A stretch of DNA of 32,000 nucleotides from Okeania sp. (GTDB taxonomy: Bacteria > Cyanobacteriota > Cyanobacteriia > Cyanobacteriales > Microcoleaceae), in the NCBI RefSeq assembly GCF_035285525.1, contig NZ_JAYKGW010000230.1, positions 1-32,000 of the forward strand, written 5' to 3'. Below, one piece after another: positions 8,899 to 19,506 of this stretch (its first letter is position 1; every line of letters begins with the position of its first letter). Position numbers and translations under genes: made by a program. Below the pieces are notes generated by a model. It searched no databases, had not been told where the DNA came from, and saw only the letters and a list, made by a program, of their open reading frames with translations.

Positions 8899-9150
8899 AT
8901 GAAAAACTATTATACAGCCATCATTTTCTCCTTTTTGTTATTACTTGGTAATGCTCCTATTAGCCAAGCTTTAATGACTGGAAATGAAGTTGAATCATCT
9001 GCAAAATTTTTCAGAGAATCTGCTCAACCCCGTCATGGGGAAGCTACTTATCCCCCAAAAAAAGGAAACAGAACACAATTTGTCAACACAAGCTGTTCTT
9101 TTGGGTTAAATAATCAGGAAATTTTTTCTCATCGTGGTAGTGGACGCTAA
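8899..9150 (+). CDS. patX: PatX-like small protein, second paralog, with C-terminal HRGSGR.
   Basis: 83 aa. The N-terminus is MKNYYTAIIFSFLLLLGNAPISQA, and the sequence ends ...QEIFSHRGSGR followed by stop. It is ~70% identical to copy 1 by hand alignment, and the final Arg codon differs synonymously (CGC vs CGA). Confidence 0.75.
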   Translation: MKNYYTAIIFSFLLLLGNAPISQALMTGNEVESSAKFFRESAQPRHGEATYPPKKGNRTQFVNTSCSFGLNNQEIFSHRGSGR

Positions 9151-9328
9151 AGTTATTTACTACTCTTGAAATTTCCGGAGGAAGTAGAACTTTTATCAAA
9201 GTTTTTGCAGCTCTTAAATTGATAATATTGGTTCTATCTTCCATTTATAAACATATATGATGATCTAGAAAAATACCTCAAATTTTGCTTCAAAGCCTCG
9301 CTCTTCAATAGACAACTTCATCTTTGAT

Positions 9329-9407
9329 ATATCATGTCCAGTTGAATAATTAATGAAAAACAAAAGAAGAGAATATTTTTTTCTTAGTAATTATCCGGAC
9401 ATGATAT
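9329..9407. other. Hairpin or TIR pair ATATCATGTCC ... GGACATGATAT (57-nt loop). TCCGGA lies at 9394..9399.
   Basis: An 11-bp inverted repeat. Relative to 8491..8579, a T-to-C change in the 5' arm is matched by an A-to-G change in the 3' arm. Confidence 0.55.
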
Positions 9408-9457
9408 TAAGTATTTAGAAAATGAGAAAGATATCTCACCACTATCAAAACTTGGTA

Positions 9458-9640
9458 ATATTTTTGGAGCGTTGTTCTAATCCTCATTACACAAAAAACT
9501 TCTGACTTCTGACTTCTGACTTCTGAGTTCTGAATTTTGACTTCATAATTGGGTCACGCCACCCCGTCTTAATCGGCGAAATATTTTTGGATGGTTGTTC
9601 TCATCCTCATCACAAAAACAACTTCTGACTTCTGACTTCG
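9458..9640. repeat. Dispersed repeat family: a partial copy followed by a full copy (GGTCACGCCACCCCGTCTTAATCGGCGAAATATTTTTGGA...ACAAAAA.AACTTCTGACTTCTGA). It includes the heptamer array (CTTCTGA)n at 9499..9540.
   Basis: The full copy (9548..9640) aligns with 18197..18300. The partial copy (9458..9545) lacks the GGTCACGCC head. Confidence 0.7.
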
Positions 9641-10039
9641 TTACATCCAACTTGAGACCAGGATTAGGAAGCAATAAACCCACTCTATACTCCAAATTTG
9701 GGATTATACCATTATGTTATGCTATCATTAAGTATGTCTGTCAGCCAAAAGTACGCAGGGTGCAAAAATCTACTAAGATAACAAATTATACTCACGGTTA
9801 ATCCGTGTACATATTCTCAAACCAAATGTAAAAAAAATCTCAAAAAGATATTTATGTTTAAGATTTACGCATCAATATCTAACTACAAAGAGTTTTATAA
9901 TGAGCTTCACACTGTAGCTAGGGCATAACATATTATTTTGCGTAATTCATGCTCTTGGTTAGAGTAAAACTAAACTTATAGCTGACTGACTTTACTGACA
10001 TTGAAATATCATCATAGTCAGTATCTTTTTAATTGTTAA

Positions 10040-10990
<951 letters not shown>

Positions 10991-11194
10991 TCTAATTACT
11001 TGCAATCTTTAGTTTATTAGGAGTTAGAAGTTTTTCTAGCCCCTAAAACTTTCAGTCATAGCTTTAAATCTTTAGAATTTACTATCTGTAATTATTAGAG
11101 TTTTTAATAAACTTGATAATCTTAACTAATCTAATCTAAAGCTTTAGGGTTTTAACTAAACTTGATTGAAAACTATGGTTTCATTAAAAACCAA

Positions 11195-11411
11195 TTAGGG
11201 TTGGCTGAAAAAGTCTTTTAGCTGAGGTAGGGAACAGAGAACAGGGAACACTTAACTGTTTAGACGATCTGCTACGGCCAAATTTTCTGACAATTCGTCA
11301 AAACTTGATCATTTTGAAACTACAACAGCTAAAAACCAGGAACTTTTTTCGACATAAAAATCCTAAAATCTTTATCTGTCAAGGCTTTGATATTTAATCA
11401 GCAAGCCCCTA
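11195..11411. mobile_element. MITE-like element, family B.
   Basis: Termini are TTAGGGTTGGCTGA ... TCAGCAAGCCCCTA (inverted). The interior contains GGGAACA-type heptamers. An internal segment recurs inverted at about 16545..16590. Confidence 0.65.
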
Positions 11412-11660
11412 TTAAATTGTGAGATAACTAAACAGGGCTGCATCTTAACTTTTTTTACTATTAAAAAATATTTTGAGCAGTTTTCAATTATCATAGTCTA
11501 TCAAATTAAATTTGATTATTGAGTATTATTTGATACAAAATCCTCGTTTTTATGAGCTAAACAGCTAACAGGCAAGATGCTTGTGTTAAAAGAATTTAAT
11601 CATTTCAACTTTAGATCCTTAGTCCGAAATATGAGGAACCACATCACCATAAGCAAAACC

Positions 11661-11692
11661 CTGTAGGGACGTTCTATGGAACGTCCCTACAG
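11661..11692. repeat. Perfect palindrome CTGTAGGGACGTTC-tatg-GAACGTCCCTACAG.
   Basis: A 14-bp stem with a 4-nt loop, read directly. Confidence 0.85.
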
Positions 11693-11880
11693 TGGTCTTG
11701 GTCTACCTAAATGAAAACTTATAAGTTACAGCACTTAGGGAACAGACAACAGGGAACAGGTATGGAGGAAGAATGAATAGCTTATAATATAAGGCTTTTA
11801 GCTATTGAACACTTCCGGCAATTTGTAAATATTAAGTGCGCACATTGCTATACAATAACTGAACTTTATGATGGGGTCAT

Positions 11881-12004
11881 TTCAATTATCAGTTATCAGT
11901 AGACAGTGAACCTCCGACTAAACTCGGAGGCTTGAAATACTGAGTTAAAATTTTTTCATCCCCGAACCAGGGGAGGCTTTATACCTCTTTTTTTGGTAAA
12001 TAGA
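11881..12004. repeat. Inverted copy of the dispersed repeat at 7192..7438.
   Basis: See 7192..7438. It contains the hairpin CCTCCGACTAAACTCGGAGG. Confidence 0.7.
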
Positions 12005-12094
12005 GTTAACTTGCTCGTTATCTTCCAACTAATGTCCCCTATTTAGTTAAAATAAAAAATGTCAAATTCTTAAATATTATAGTAGGTAAAAACG

Positions 12095-12574
12095 TTGTTA
12101 GACGAACAGGCAAAAAAAACCATACTGCGTAAAATTCCTCATGGATTATACATTTGTGGCGTTAAAGATGGTGATGAAGTTAATGGCTTTACAGCTAGTT
12201 GGGTAATGCAAGCATCTTTTCAGCCTCCCCTAATTGTTAATTGTGTAAATAAAGAATCTAAATCCCATGCTATGATTAAGGCTAGTGGAGTATTTTCTCT
12301 AAGTTTTTTAGGAGCAGAACAAAAAGATTTAGCTCAACAATTTTTTAAACCTCAACGTCGTGTGGGAAATAAATTTGAAGAAGTAGAATTTTATTTAGGA
12401 GAAACTGGTTGCCCTATTATTTCTGATACTCTTGGCTATGTTGAATGTCAAGTTATTAGTGCTGTAGAAGAAGGCGACCATACTGTATATGTAGGAAAAG
12501 TAATTGCAGCAGGTTTACATCGTGAGGGAGATCCTTTATTATTAGAAAGTACGGGTTGGAATTATGGTGGTTAA
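12095..12574 (+). CDS. Flavin reductase-like FMN-binding split-barrel protein.
   Basis: 159 aa. The G.Y.......NG.TASW...ASF.PP pattern and the length are typical of the Flavin_Reduct family. The start is TTG (no in-frame ATG near the 5' end), so the start is uncertain. Confidence 0.75.
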   Translation: MLDEQAKKTILRKIPHGLYICGVKDGDEVNGFTASWVMQASFQPPLIVNCVNKESKSHAMIKASGVFSLSFLGAEQKDLAQQFFKPQRRVGNKFEEVEFYLGETGCPIISDTLGYVECQVISAVEEGDHTVYVGKVIAAGLHREGDPLLLESTGWNYGG

Positions 12575-12686
12575 TTACCATCAATAGCAGTTTTAAGGAA
12601 TAGGAAATAGGGGAGGAGTAACTGATAATTTATGAATAATAATTGATTTTAATTGAAGTTTTTGGAGAAGTTTATTAGCTAATATC

Positions 12687-12870
12687 AAATCCGTCAGTAT
12701 GGCTATAATTCAAGTAGTAGGGGTTTGGTCTCCCAACCCTCTACAAACAAGAAATTTTCCCTCTTTTCTGATGATATAACTTTCATATAAAATCCATCAG
12801 TATCAGTATAATTTTCTCCCGTAGGGGTTTGGTCTCCCAACCCTCTACAAACTAGCAATTTTCCCTCTTT
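12687..12870. repeat. Two tandem ~80-nt copies (12687..12766 and 12789..12870), each containing the imperfect hairpin GTAGGGGTTTGGTCTCCCAACCCTCTAC.
   Basis: Direct alignment of AAATCC.TCAGTAT...GTAGGGGTTTGGTCTCCCAACCCTCTACAAAC.AG.AATTTTCCCTCTTT. Confidence 0.8.
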
Positions 12871-13009
12871 AATTCATATAGTAGCAATTTGCTATAAATT
12901 CATTCGTAAGCATTTCCTACGGAATATCTAATAGCTAATACCTGAATGTTTACCTTCCTTTTTCCTTCTTTAATAGTTTATTTTTTCGTAGTTAATTATT
13001 AATTTATTT

Positions 13010-13363
13010 ATGCCATTAATTAAAGTTAAAACATCTGTTTCTCAACCAGAAAAAGATAAAATTGATAGTCTTCTCAAAAATCTTTCTTCTGGCATAGCAA
13101 AGCATTTTAGTAAACCAGAATCTTATGTAATGACAACTTTTGAATCAGATATTTCCATGACTTTCGGAGGAAATAGTCATGAACCAGTTTGCTATATAGA
13201 AATTAAAAATATTGGCAGTATGAATCCTAATCAAACTAAAGCAATGAGCCAAGATTTTTGTCAAGAAATTAATCAAACTCTAGACGTTCCCAAAAATCGA
13301 ATTTATATAGAATTTTCTGATGCTAAAGGTTATATGTGGGGTTGGAATAGTTCTACTTTCTAA
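13010..13363 (+). CDS. MIF / tautomerase-superfamily protein (macrophage migration inhibitory factor-like).
   Basis: 117 aa starting MPLIKVKTS, where Pro-1 after Met removal is the catalytic hallmark. The length and beta-alpha-beta pattern fit the MIF family. Confidence 0.75.
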   Translation: MPLIKVKTSVSQPEKDKIDSLLKNLSSGIAKHFSKPESYVMTTFESDISMTFGGNSHEPVCYIEIKNIGSMNPNQTKAMSQDFCQEINQTLDVPKNRIYIEFSDAKGYMWGWNSSTF

Positions 13364-13578
13364 AGAAGAAGGAAGAAGAGAGACGGAAGAAGGAAAGCAG
13401 ATGAATCTATAGAAAAATACAGTTCAGTTCAAGACTTTTTGGGAAGTGCTGTAATATCAAGAGCTACTCTAATAGTTTAGCTCCATAGCTTATGAATTTT
13501 AGTCTTAAGAAAACCCTCTTGATTTATAACAAAATGTAAGCATTTATAGCAATCCTAAATAAGTTGTCAGATTTTATT

Positions 13579-13645
13579 GTAGGGGTTTGGTTTCCAAATC
13601 CCTGGTACTTGGGTTTGGAGACCAAACCCCTACAGTTTTTTCTCG
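13579..13645 (+). terminator. Long hairpin GTAGGGGTTTGGTTTCC ... GGAGACCAAACCCCTAC followed by AGTTTTTTCT. It may be an intrinsic terminator or a repeat element.
   Basis: A 17-bp stem with one mismatch and a 3' T-run on the + strand, ~215 nt downstream of the MIF-like stop. It belongs to the same GTAGGGGTTTGG family as 12687..12870. Confidence 0.4.
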
Positions 13646-13658
13646 CAAATCATTTGAT

Positions 13659-13769
13659 CAGGACTAACGCAAAGGTACTATATATAGTGTGTCGGTGCGT
13701 GACGAAGTGCGCTTTTCATGTCGCGTAGCGAAACACACCCTACTAATAGCGTTCATGGCTTTAGTCCTG
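13659..13769. mobile_element. Small TIR element (CAGGACTAACGC ... GCTTTAGTCCTG).
   Basis: Inverted termini related to the GGACTTACGCAAAGGTA family. The left end repeats AACGCAAAGGTACTATATATAG, as at 7345..7365 (inverted). Confidence 0.5.
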
Positions 13770-13872
13770 TTCATATTGCTATCGCTAATAACTATTAGCT
13801 AAATGCTTACAAAAAAAATCAGCAAAAATAATAGTTCTATTCAAAAATTCCTAGTAGAATTATCAAAATATT

Positions 13873-14943
13873 TCATCCTACTTTCAATATAGAATTATCC
13901 AATAAATTAAATTCTGAATCTACTGGATGATCAGCCAAACCATCAAGAGCTATTTTCTCAATTAAACTACCTAACCTTAATGCTTTTAAAGCTTGTTCTC
14001 CTCCAATTGAAGGTTTATTTCCTCCTCCTACACAATGAATAAAATGTTCTAATTCTGCATGAAGAGGCTCAATATTGCTAGTATAAACCTTTTCAATTAA
14101 GCCGTCCTGACGATAAAGCACTTGACCATAATCTGTAACATAATCTGCTGTTGTTTGCCGATGAATCAGAATTTCATTATTCAGAAAATCTGCTTCTGTT
14201 AGAGAATTTTTACAGTGGGCAACTATAGAACGAAGCTTTTTGTGTGTTACTTTACTAGCAGTTAGACTAGCTATTATACCATTAGCAAAACCAAGAGTAG
14301 CTGTTACATAATCTAAATTTCCCGAACTAGAAGCACTACTGCCACTAGCAGTCAATTTTACCACTGGAGCGGCCACTAATTCTAATAATAAGTCAATATC
14401 ATGGATCATTAAATCCAAAACTACAGACACATCATTAGCTCGATGAGAATAAGGACTCATGCGATGAGCTTCTAAGGCCAATATTTCTTCAGTTTTGAGG
14501 ACCTTGCTGAGTTCTTGAAAAGCAGGATTAAATCTTTCTATATGACCCACCTGTAAAATTCGATTTGTTTCAGCAGCAGTATTCACTAAAAATTCGGCCT
14601 CAGTAATACTAGCAGCAAGGGGCTTTTCCATTAAAACATGGACTCCTGCTTTTAAACAGGTCATTCCTACAGCATAATGTTGAAGAGTAGGTACAGCGAC
14701 ACATACAGCATCAACATGAGGTAAAAGCTCTTGATAGTCCTCAAAAAAACGAACTCCATACTTATTGGCAGTATCTAGTCCCCTTTCAACGTTGATGTCT
14801 GCTATACCTACTAATTTAGTATTTTTGAGCAAACTGAGGACACGGGTATGGTGCTGACCCATATTACCAACCCCAATGACTCCTACACACAGCAGTTTTG
14901 CTTGACTATTTTTGGTAAAATTTTTTGGATATATTGTTGACAT
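13873..14943 (-). CDS. Gfo/Idh/MocA-family NAD(P)-dependent oxidoreductase.
   Basis: It has the Rossmann motif VGVIGVGNMGQHH and a GFO_IDH_MocA-type EKP motif (LMEKPLA). I prefer ATG 14943 over the GTG at 14976 used by the track. Confidence 0.85.
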   Translation of the reverse strand: MSTIYPKNFTKNSQAKLLCVGVIGVGNMGQHHTRVLSLLKNTKLVGIADINVERGLDTANKYGVRFFEDYQELLPHVDAVCVAVPTLQHYAVGMTCLKAGVHVLMEKPLAASITEAEFLVNTAAETNRILQVGHIERFNPAFQELSKVLKTEEILALEAHRMSPYSHRANDVSVVLDLMIHDIDLLLELVAAPVVKLTASGSSASSSGNLDYVTATLGFANGIIASLTASKVTHKKLRSIVAHCKNSLTEADFLNNEILIHRQTTADYVTDYGQVLYRQDGLIEKVYTSNIEPLHAELEHFIHCVGGGNKPSIGGEQALKALRLGSLIEKIALDGLADHPVDSEFNLLDNSILKVG

Positions 14944-15118
14944 TTTATCTAGCACTCCTAGATTCTCCTCCACCACACCTAATTAGATTAATAGGTTTAT
15001 CTTTTTCTTTGCAATTTATCTTAATCTGCTGACTGGAGCTAGTGCTATAAAATTATATGTTGCTCTTTTGGTAGGGAGTAGACAGTAGGGAATGGTGCGT
15101 GTAGCGATTAATTATTAA

Positions 15119-15373
15119 TTAGGGCTGGCTGAATTATTGATGAAAGCCTTGACAGATAAACCTTTTAGCATTTTTAGGTAGGTCAAAAGTACCAGCTTTT
15201 AAGTCTCTCAAGCTAAAAAGTCTAGGGTTTTCTGCCATAATTAGCCTAAAATCAAAGGATAATTATAATTCTTCTGAGTACCTCATTCTGTAATTCCTAT
15301 TCCCATAAGGATTCTGGATTCTCGATTCTGGCTTCTCCCTGCTACTAAAATACTAAAAAAGCGCAAACCCTAA
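15119..15373. mobile_element. MITE-like element, family A, copy 2.
   Basis: Aligns along its length with 5766..6028. Termini are TTAGGGCTGGCTGAA ... GCGCAAACCCTAA. Confidence 0.8.
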
Positions 15374-15393
15374 TTATCCATTATCTATTGGTT

Positions 15394-16506
15394 ATGAATA
15401 CAATAGTAATTAAAATAGGTACTTCTAGTCTAACTAATTCAGAAACCGGAAATTTAGCCTTATCCACAATTTCTAGCTTAATTGAAACTATTACTAACTT
15501 AACTCGCCAAGGAAATAGAGTCGTTTTAGTTTCGTCTGGAGCTGTTGGTGTAGGTCGTGATATGCTAGGACTAACTGAAAAGCCTAAAAATATTTCCATG
15601 AAGCAAGCAGTAGCAGCAGTAGGTCAAGGACGACTGATGCGAGTTTACGATGACTTATTTTCATCTTTGCAACAGACAATTGCTCAAATTTTGCTAACCA
15701 GAAGCGACCTATCACGACGTAGTAGTTATGTCAATGCCTATAACACATTTCAACAACTTTTCCAACTGGGAGTAGTTCCTATAGTTAATGAAAATGATAC
15801 TACTGCTGTTGAAGAGCTAAAGTTTGGGGACAATGATAATCTCTCAGCTTTAGTTGCTAGTTTGGTAGAGGCTGATTGGTTGTTTATCTTAACTGATGTT
15901 GATAGACTATACTCAGCCGATCCGAGAAGTAATCCAGATGCTGTACCTATTGCTTTAATAAAGCGAATGGAACAACTTGAAGAACTTCAAGTTCAAACTG
16001 GAAAGTCTGTTAGTGGCAGAGGAACAGGTGGAATGATTACCAAAATTGAAGCTGCCAAAATTGCTACTGCTGCTGGAGTTAGAACTGTAATTACTAATGG
16101 TAAAATTCCTTCTAATATACTAAAAATTCTTAATGGAGAATCTATTGGTACTCAGTTTGAACCTCAACCACGACAAATAAACGCCCGCAAACATTGGATT
16201 GCTAATGTTTTAGTTCCGATAGGCCAACTTTATCTGGACCAAGGTGCAGTTAGGGCAATTTCTGAGCTTGGTAAATCTCTATTAGCTGCTGGTATTATTC
16301 AAGTAGAGGGGGAATTTAATTCATCAGATGCTGTACAACTATGTAATGAAAAAGGTGAGGAAATAGGTAGGGGACTTGTAAATTATAGCAACGTTGAATT
16401 GCAAAAAATTCTGGGTTGTCGCTCAGAAGATATACCTGAAATTTTAGGCTATGTAGGGTCTGAAACAGTTGTACATAGAGATAATCTTTTAATTACAGCA
16501 GGCTGA
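15394..16506 (+). CDS. proB: Glutamate 5-kinase with C-terminal PUA domain.
   Basis: It contains [34 protein letters not shown] and a C-terminal PUA-like region. ATG 15394 is preferred over TTG 15388. Confidence 0.95.
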   Translation: MNTIVIKIGTSSLTNSETGNLALSTISSLIETITNLTRQGNRVVLVSSGAVGVGRDMLGLTEKPKNISMKQAVAAVGQGRLMRVYDDLFSSLQQTIAQILLTRSDLSRRSSYVNAYNTFQQLFQLGVVPIVNENDTTAVEELKFGDNDNLSALVASLVEADWLFILTDVDRLYSADPRSNPDAVPIALIKRMEQLEELQVQTGKSVSGRGTGGMITKIEAAKIATAAGVRTVITNGKIPSNILKILNGESIGTQFEPQPRQINARKHWIANVLVPIGQLYLDQGAVRAISELGKSLLAAGIIQVEGEFNSSDAVQLCNEKGEEIGRGLVNYSNVELQKILGCRSEDIPEILGYVGSETVVHRDNLLITAG

Positions 16507-16606
16507 TGAAATCTTAAAGCATTGACAGATAAAGATTTTAGCCTTTTTTAGGATCGGAAAATTTGGCCGTAGCAGAATGTCTAAACTATTCCCTATTCCC
16601 TATTCC

Positions 16607-17785
16607 CTACTTATAACGAATACCTGCTTGTTCCAACCGCCTTAATGCTTCACCCAAACGTTCACACTCAGCAATTAAACTAATTCTCACATAACCCTCA
16701 CCCGCAGTACCAAAAGCATTTCCAGGAGTCACCACTACTCCAGTTTTTTGTAAAACAGATAAAGCAAAATCAGTAGAACCTAAACCTGGGGGACAAGGAA
16801 CCCATAAATACATAGTTGCTAGGGTTTTCTTGACATTCCAACCTAATTTTCCTAAACCTTGAATGAGAAAATCTCGACGTTGACTATAACGTTCTTGAAC
16901 CTGATGTAAATATTCATCTGGTAACTCTAAAGCAGTCTTAGCTGCTGACTGTAAAGCACTAAATACACCATAATCCAAATTAGTTTTTAAAGTCCTTAAC
17001 CCTTGAATTACATGATAGTTGCCAACTACAAAACCTATTCGCCAACCAGCCATATTATAAGTTTTCGACATAGTGTGAAATTCTACACCAATATCTTTTC
17101 CTCCAGGAATCTCTAATAAACTGGTAGGTTGATAACCATCAAAAGCTAATTCAGCATAACATAAGTCGTGAACCAGTAGGATATCATACTTTTTCGCAAA
17201 AGCCACAATATCCTCAAAAAATTCTCGTGGAGCAGTAGCACCAGTGGGGTTACTAGGATAATTAAAAAAGAAAATTTTTGCCTGTTCTGCGACACTATCG
17301 GGAATATCCCCTAAATCAATAATCCAATCATTTTCTGGCTTTAGGACAATACTATGAATTTTACCACCTGCAATTAAAGGGCCACGAAAATGTGCAGGAT
17401 AGGCAGGATTAGGTGATAAAACTAAATCTCCTGGATTTATGTATGCTAAAGCTAAATGACCTAAACCCTCTTTAGAACCCAAAAGTGGCAAAGCTTCTCC
17501 ATTAGGGTCAAGCTTTACATTATAACGACGAAAATACCAATCAGTAATTGCTTTACGGAAAATAGAAGTACCCTCAAAAGGCGGATAACCATGATTAGTT
17601 GTATCTTGTAAAGCTTTAATGGCAGCTTCGACAACGGGTTGAGGAGTAGGTCCATCGGGGTTTCCCATTCCCAGATCTATTAAATCTAGTCCTTGTTCGC
17701 GGGTACGAGCTTTTAGTTCATCTAGGCGGGCAAAAACGTAAGGTGGTAATGCGTCTATCCTGTCTGCTGGCTTAATCGAATACAT
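16607..17785 (-). CDS. PLP-dependent class I aminotransferase (AlaA/AspC-like).
   Basis: 392 aa. It contains LPPYVFARLDELK, DLGMGNPD, NYPSNPTG and the PLP-lysine motif SKTYNMAGWRIG. Confidence 0.9.
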   Translation of the reverse strand: MYSIKPADRIDALPPYVFARLDELKARTREQGLDLIDLGMGNPDGPTPQPVVEAAIKALQDTTNHGYPPFEGTSIFRKAITDWYFRRYNVKLDPNGEALPLLGSKEGLGHLALAYINPGDLVLSPNPAYPAHFRGPLIAGGKIHSIVLKPENDWIIDLGDIPDSVAEQAKIFFFNYPSNPTGATAPREFFEDIVAFAKKYDILLVHDLCYAELAFDGYQPTSLLEIPGGKDIGVEFHTMSKTYNMAGWRIGFVVGNYHVIQGLRTLKTNLDYGVFSALQSAAKTALELPDEYLHQVQERYSQRRDFLIQGLGKLGWNVKKTLATMYLWVPCPPGLGSTDFALSVLQKTGVVVTPGNAFGTAGEGYVRISLIAECERLGEALRRLEQAGIRYK

Positions 17786-17826
17786 ATATTATTTGACAAA
17801 TATTTTTTACAAGAAATAAAGAATAT

Positions 17827-17929
17827 CAGGACTTACACGGGAGCAACCAAGAAAGCGGGTTTATTACCGTTATCTTGTTACTAAAACCACGAAATTTTGT
17901 TCATAAACCCGGTTTGGTGCGTAAGTCCT
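17827..17929. mobile_element. Small TIR element (CAGGACTTACACG ... GCGTAAGTCCT).
   Basis: Inverted termini of the GGACTTACGC family. It has an internal AAACCCGGTTT palindrome. Confidence 0.5.
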
Positions 17930-18196
17930 AAATATATCAAACTTTTTCAAGAAAAATAATGAATTTTATATTACTTTTTTTAACTTGAAAGTAGATATTT
18001 TAAATTTTAGGAGTTATATGGAAGCCTCCTCTTCATGCTTAAAAATAAGCTAGGCCAACAGAACAGGGAAAAACTATAGCGTTTATTAATATCGTGATTT
18101 AGACTTATCTTTCAGTCTTTTTGTTCCCTTTATCGGCCTAAAAGTCCTAAAAGTTTTATATTTTATACTTTCAGGCTTTTTCAGCCAACTCTAATT

Positions 18197-18300
18197 AGGT
18201 CGCGCCACACCGTCTTGATGGGCGAAACGTTTTGGGAACCTTGCTCAAATCCCCGTTACAAAAATAACTTCTGTTTGCGGAGCATTCCGTAGGAACTTCT
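18197..18300. repeat. Second copy of the GGTCRCGCCAC...CGTCTTRAT.GGCGAAA repeat family.
   Basis: Aligns with 9548..9640. Confidence 0.65.
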
Positions 18301-18354
18301 GAATTTGTTAAACCTCACCAGTATGGGAACTGCCATATAATAATTTTCTATGTT

Positions 18355-19506
18355 TCACTTAATATCTAAATTCATTCCCAAATTTTGTTTCTCTACCTCG
18401 AATGAGACTGTTGTGGAAACCATTGCTGCTACTAATTGCTCTGGAACTACTTTAAATGGTAGTCGATGAATGTCAGAATTTGGACTACAAGCAATTTCCG
18501 CAACCTGCCATAATTCAGATAAACTGATTTCTGTCAACCCTAGGTCACCTAAGCTTTTCGGTAAACCAATTTCTTGGTAAAATTTTAATAGTTGTTGTCT
18601 GGCAGCAATAGCTAATTGATTCCCTTGTACCATTTCTTCTAACCTTAGTTGAACTAATATACCATAAGCAACTTTTTCTCCATGTAGTTGGCTATGACTG
18701 GTAGACAAATGAGTTAGGCCATTATGAATAGCATGGGCAGCTACAGTCCGACATTGCGCACCCCCAATACCTCCGATTACACCAGCTAATAATACTGCTG
18801 CATCTACAACTTCTTGCCAAGTTTCTCCTCCTGGTTCTTGTAGTGCAGCAGTTGATTTTTGAAAAAGGATATCTCTTAAAACTCTAGCTTGTTGGACAGC
18901 AGCAATAATCATGGTTTGTTCTGAATGGCCACTGCTGACTGAAGCTTCATACCATTTGGCGATCGCATCTCCAATGCCAGCTATTAAGGTCCTAGAAGGA
19001 GCGGTTTTAATTATGTCATAATCTAGAATTAGTAAATCTGGACATCTAGTTAGACTTACATCATATAAGAAAGCGCCTTGGTCTGAGTAAATATTTGATA
19101 ATGCTGTCCAAGCTGCACAGGTAGCTGCGGAGGTAGGAATAGTAATTATGGGTAAATGACATTGGTGAGCTAGAAGTTTGGCTGTATCGAGAGCTTTACC
19201 ACCACCAATACCAATTATGAGGTCTGCTTTCTGGGTAGCAACGGTTTGGCGGAGGTTGGCCAAGCTACCTTCACTACAGTCGGAACCATAGTTAGTTTGG
19301 GTAAATTTTAAGTTATAGCTTTGTAGGTAAGGTTGGATGATACTTAGGGAGCGATCGCCTCCAACTATGAGGGGATTATTGCCAAGACGGGCGATCGCCT
19401 CTCCTAGTTGAGCTAAAGCATTTTTTCCGCGAATAACTTGAGCTGGAGCTATGTTTAGGGATAATAAAGTGGTAGTTGTTTGGGAAATATTGCTAGATTC
19501 AATCAT
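18355..19506 (-). CDS. Iron-containing alcohol dehydrogenase family, glycerol dehydrogenase (GldA)-like.
   Basis: 383 aa. It contains the GIGGGKALDTAK nucleotide-binding motif and metal-ligand histidines in AAHAIHNGLT and LHGEKVAYG. Confidence 0.85.
   Translation of the reverse strand: MIESSNISQTTTTLLSLNIAPAQVIRGKNALAQLGEAIARLGNNPLIVGGDRSLSIIQPYLQSYNLKFTQTNYGSDCSEGSLANLRQTVATQKADLIIGIGGGKALDTAKLLAHQCHLPIITIPTSAATCAAWTALSNIYSDQGAFLYDVSLTRCPDLLILDYDIIKTAPSRTLIAGIGDAIAKWYEASVSSGHSEQTMIIAAVQQARVLRDILFQKSTAALQEPGGETWQEVVDAAVLLAGVIGGIGGAQCRTVAAHAIHNGLTHLSTSHSQLHGEKVAYGILVQLRLEEMVQGNQLAIAARQQLLKFYQEIGLPKSLGDLGLTEISLSELWQVAEIACSPNSDIHRLPFKVVPEQLVAAMVSTTVSFEVEKQNLGMNLDIK

Larger units (their letters stand above)
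8556..9380. repeat. Unit 2 of the tandem segmental duplication carrying patX-like gene 2. A partial third unit follows at about 9381..9450.
   Basis: Aligns with unit 1 (see above). 9381..9450 (AGTAATTATCCGGACATGATATTAAGTATTTAGAAAAT...) repeats the start of unit 2. Confidence 0.8.

Noticed and set aside
9595-9801. 68-aa ORF on the + strand upstream of hetR.
   Set aside because: Its 5' half is translated from the dispersed GGTCACGCC/CTTCTGA repeat, and it has no start context.
15381-15599. 72-aa ORF on the - strand.
   Set aside because: It is antisense to the 5' end of proB.
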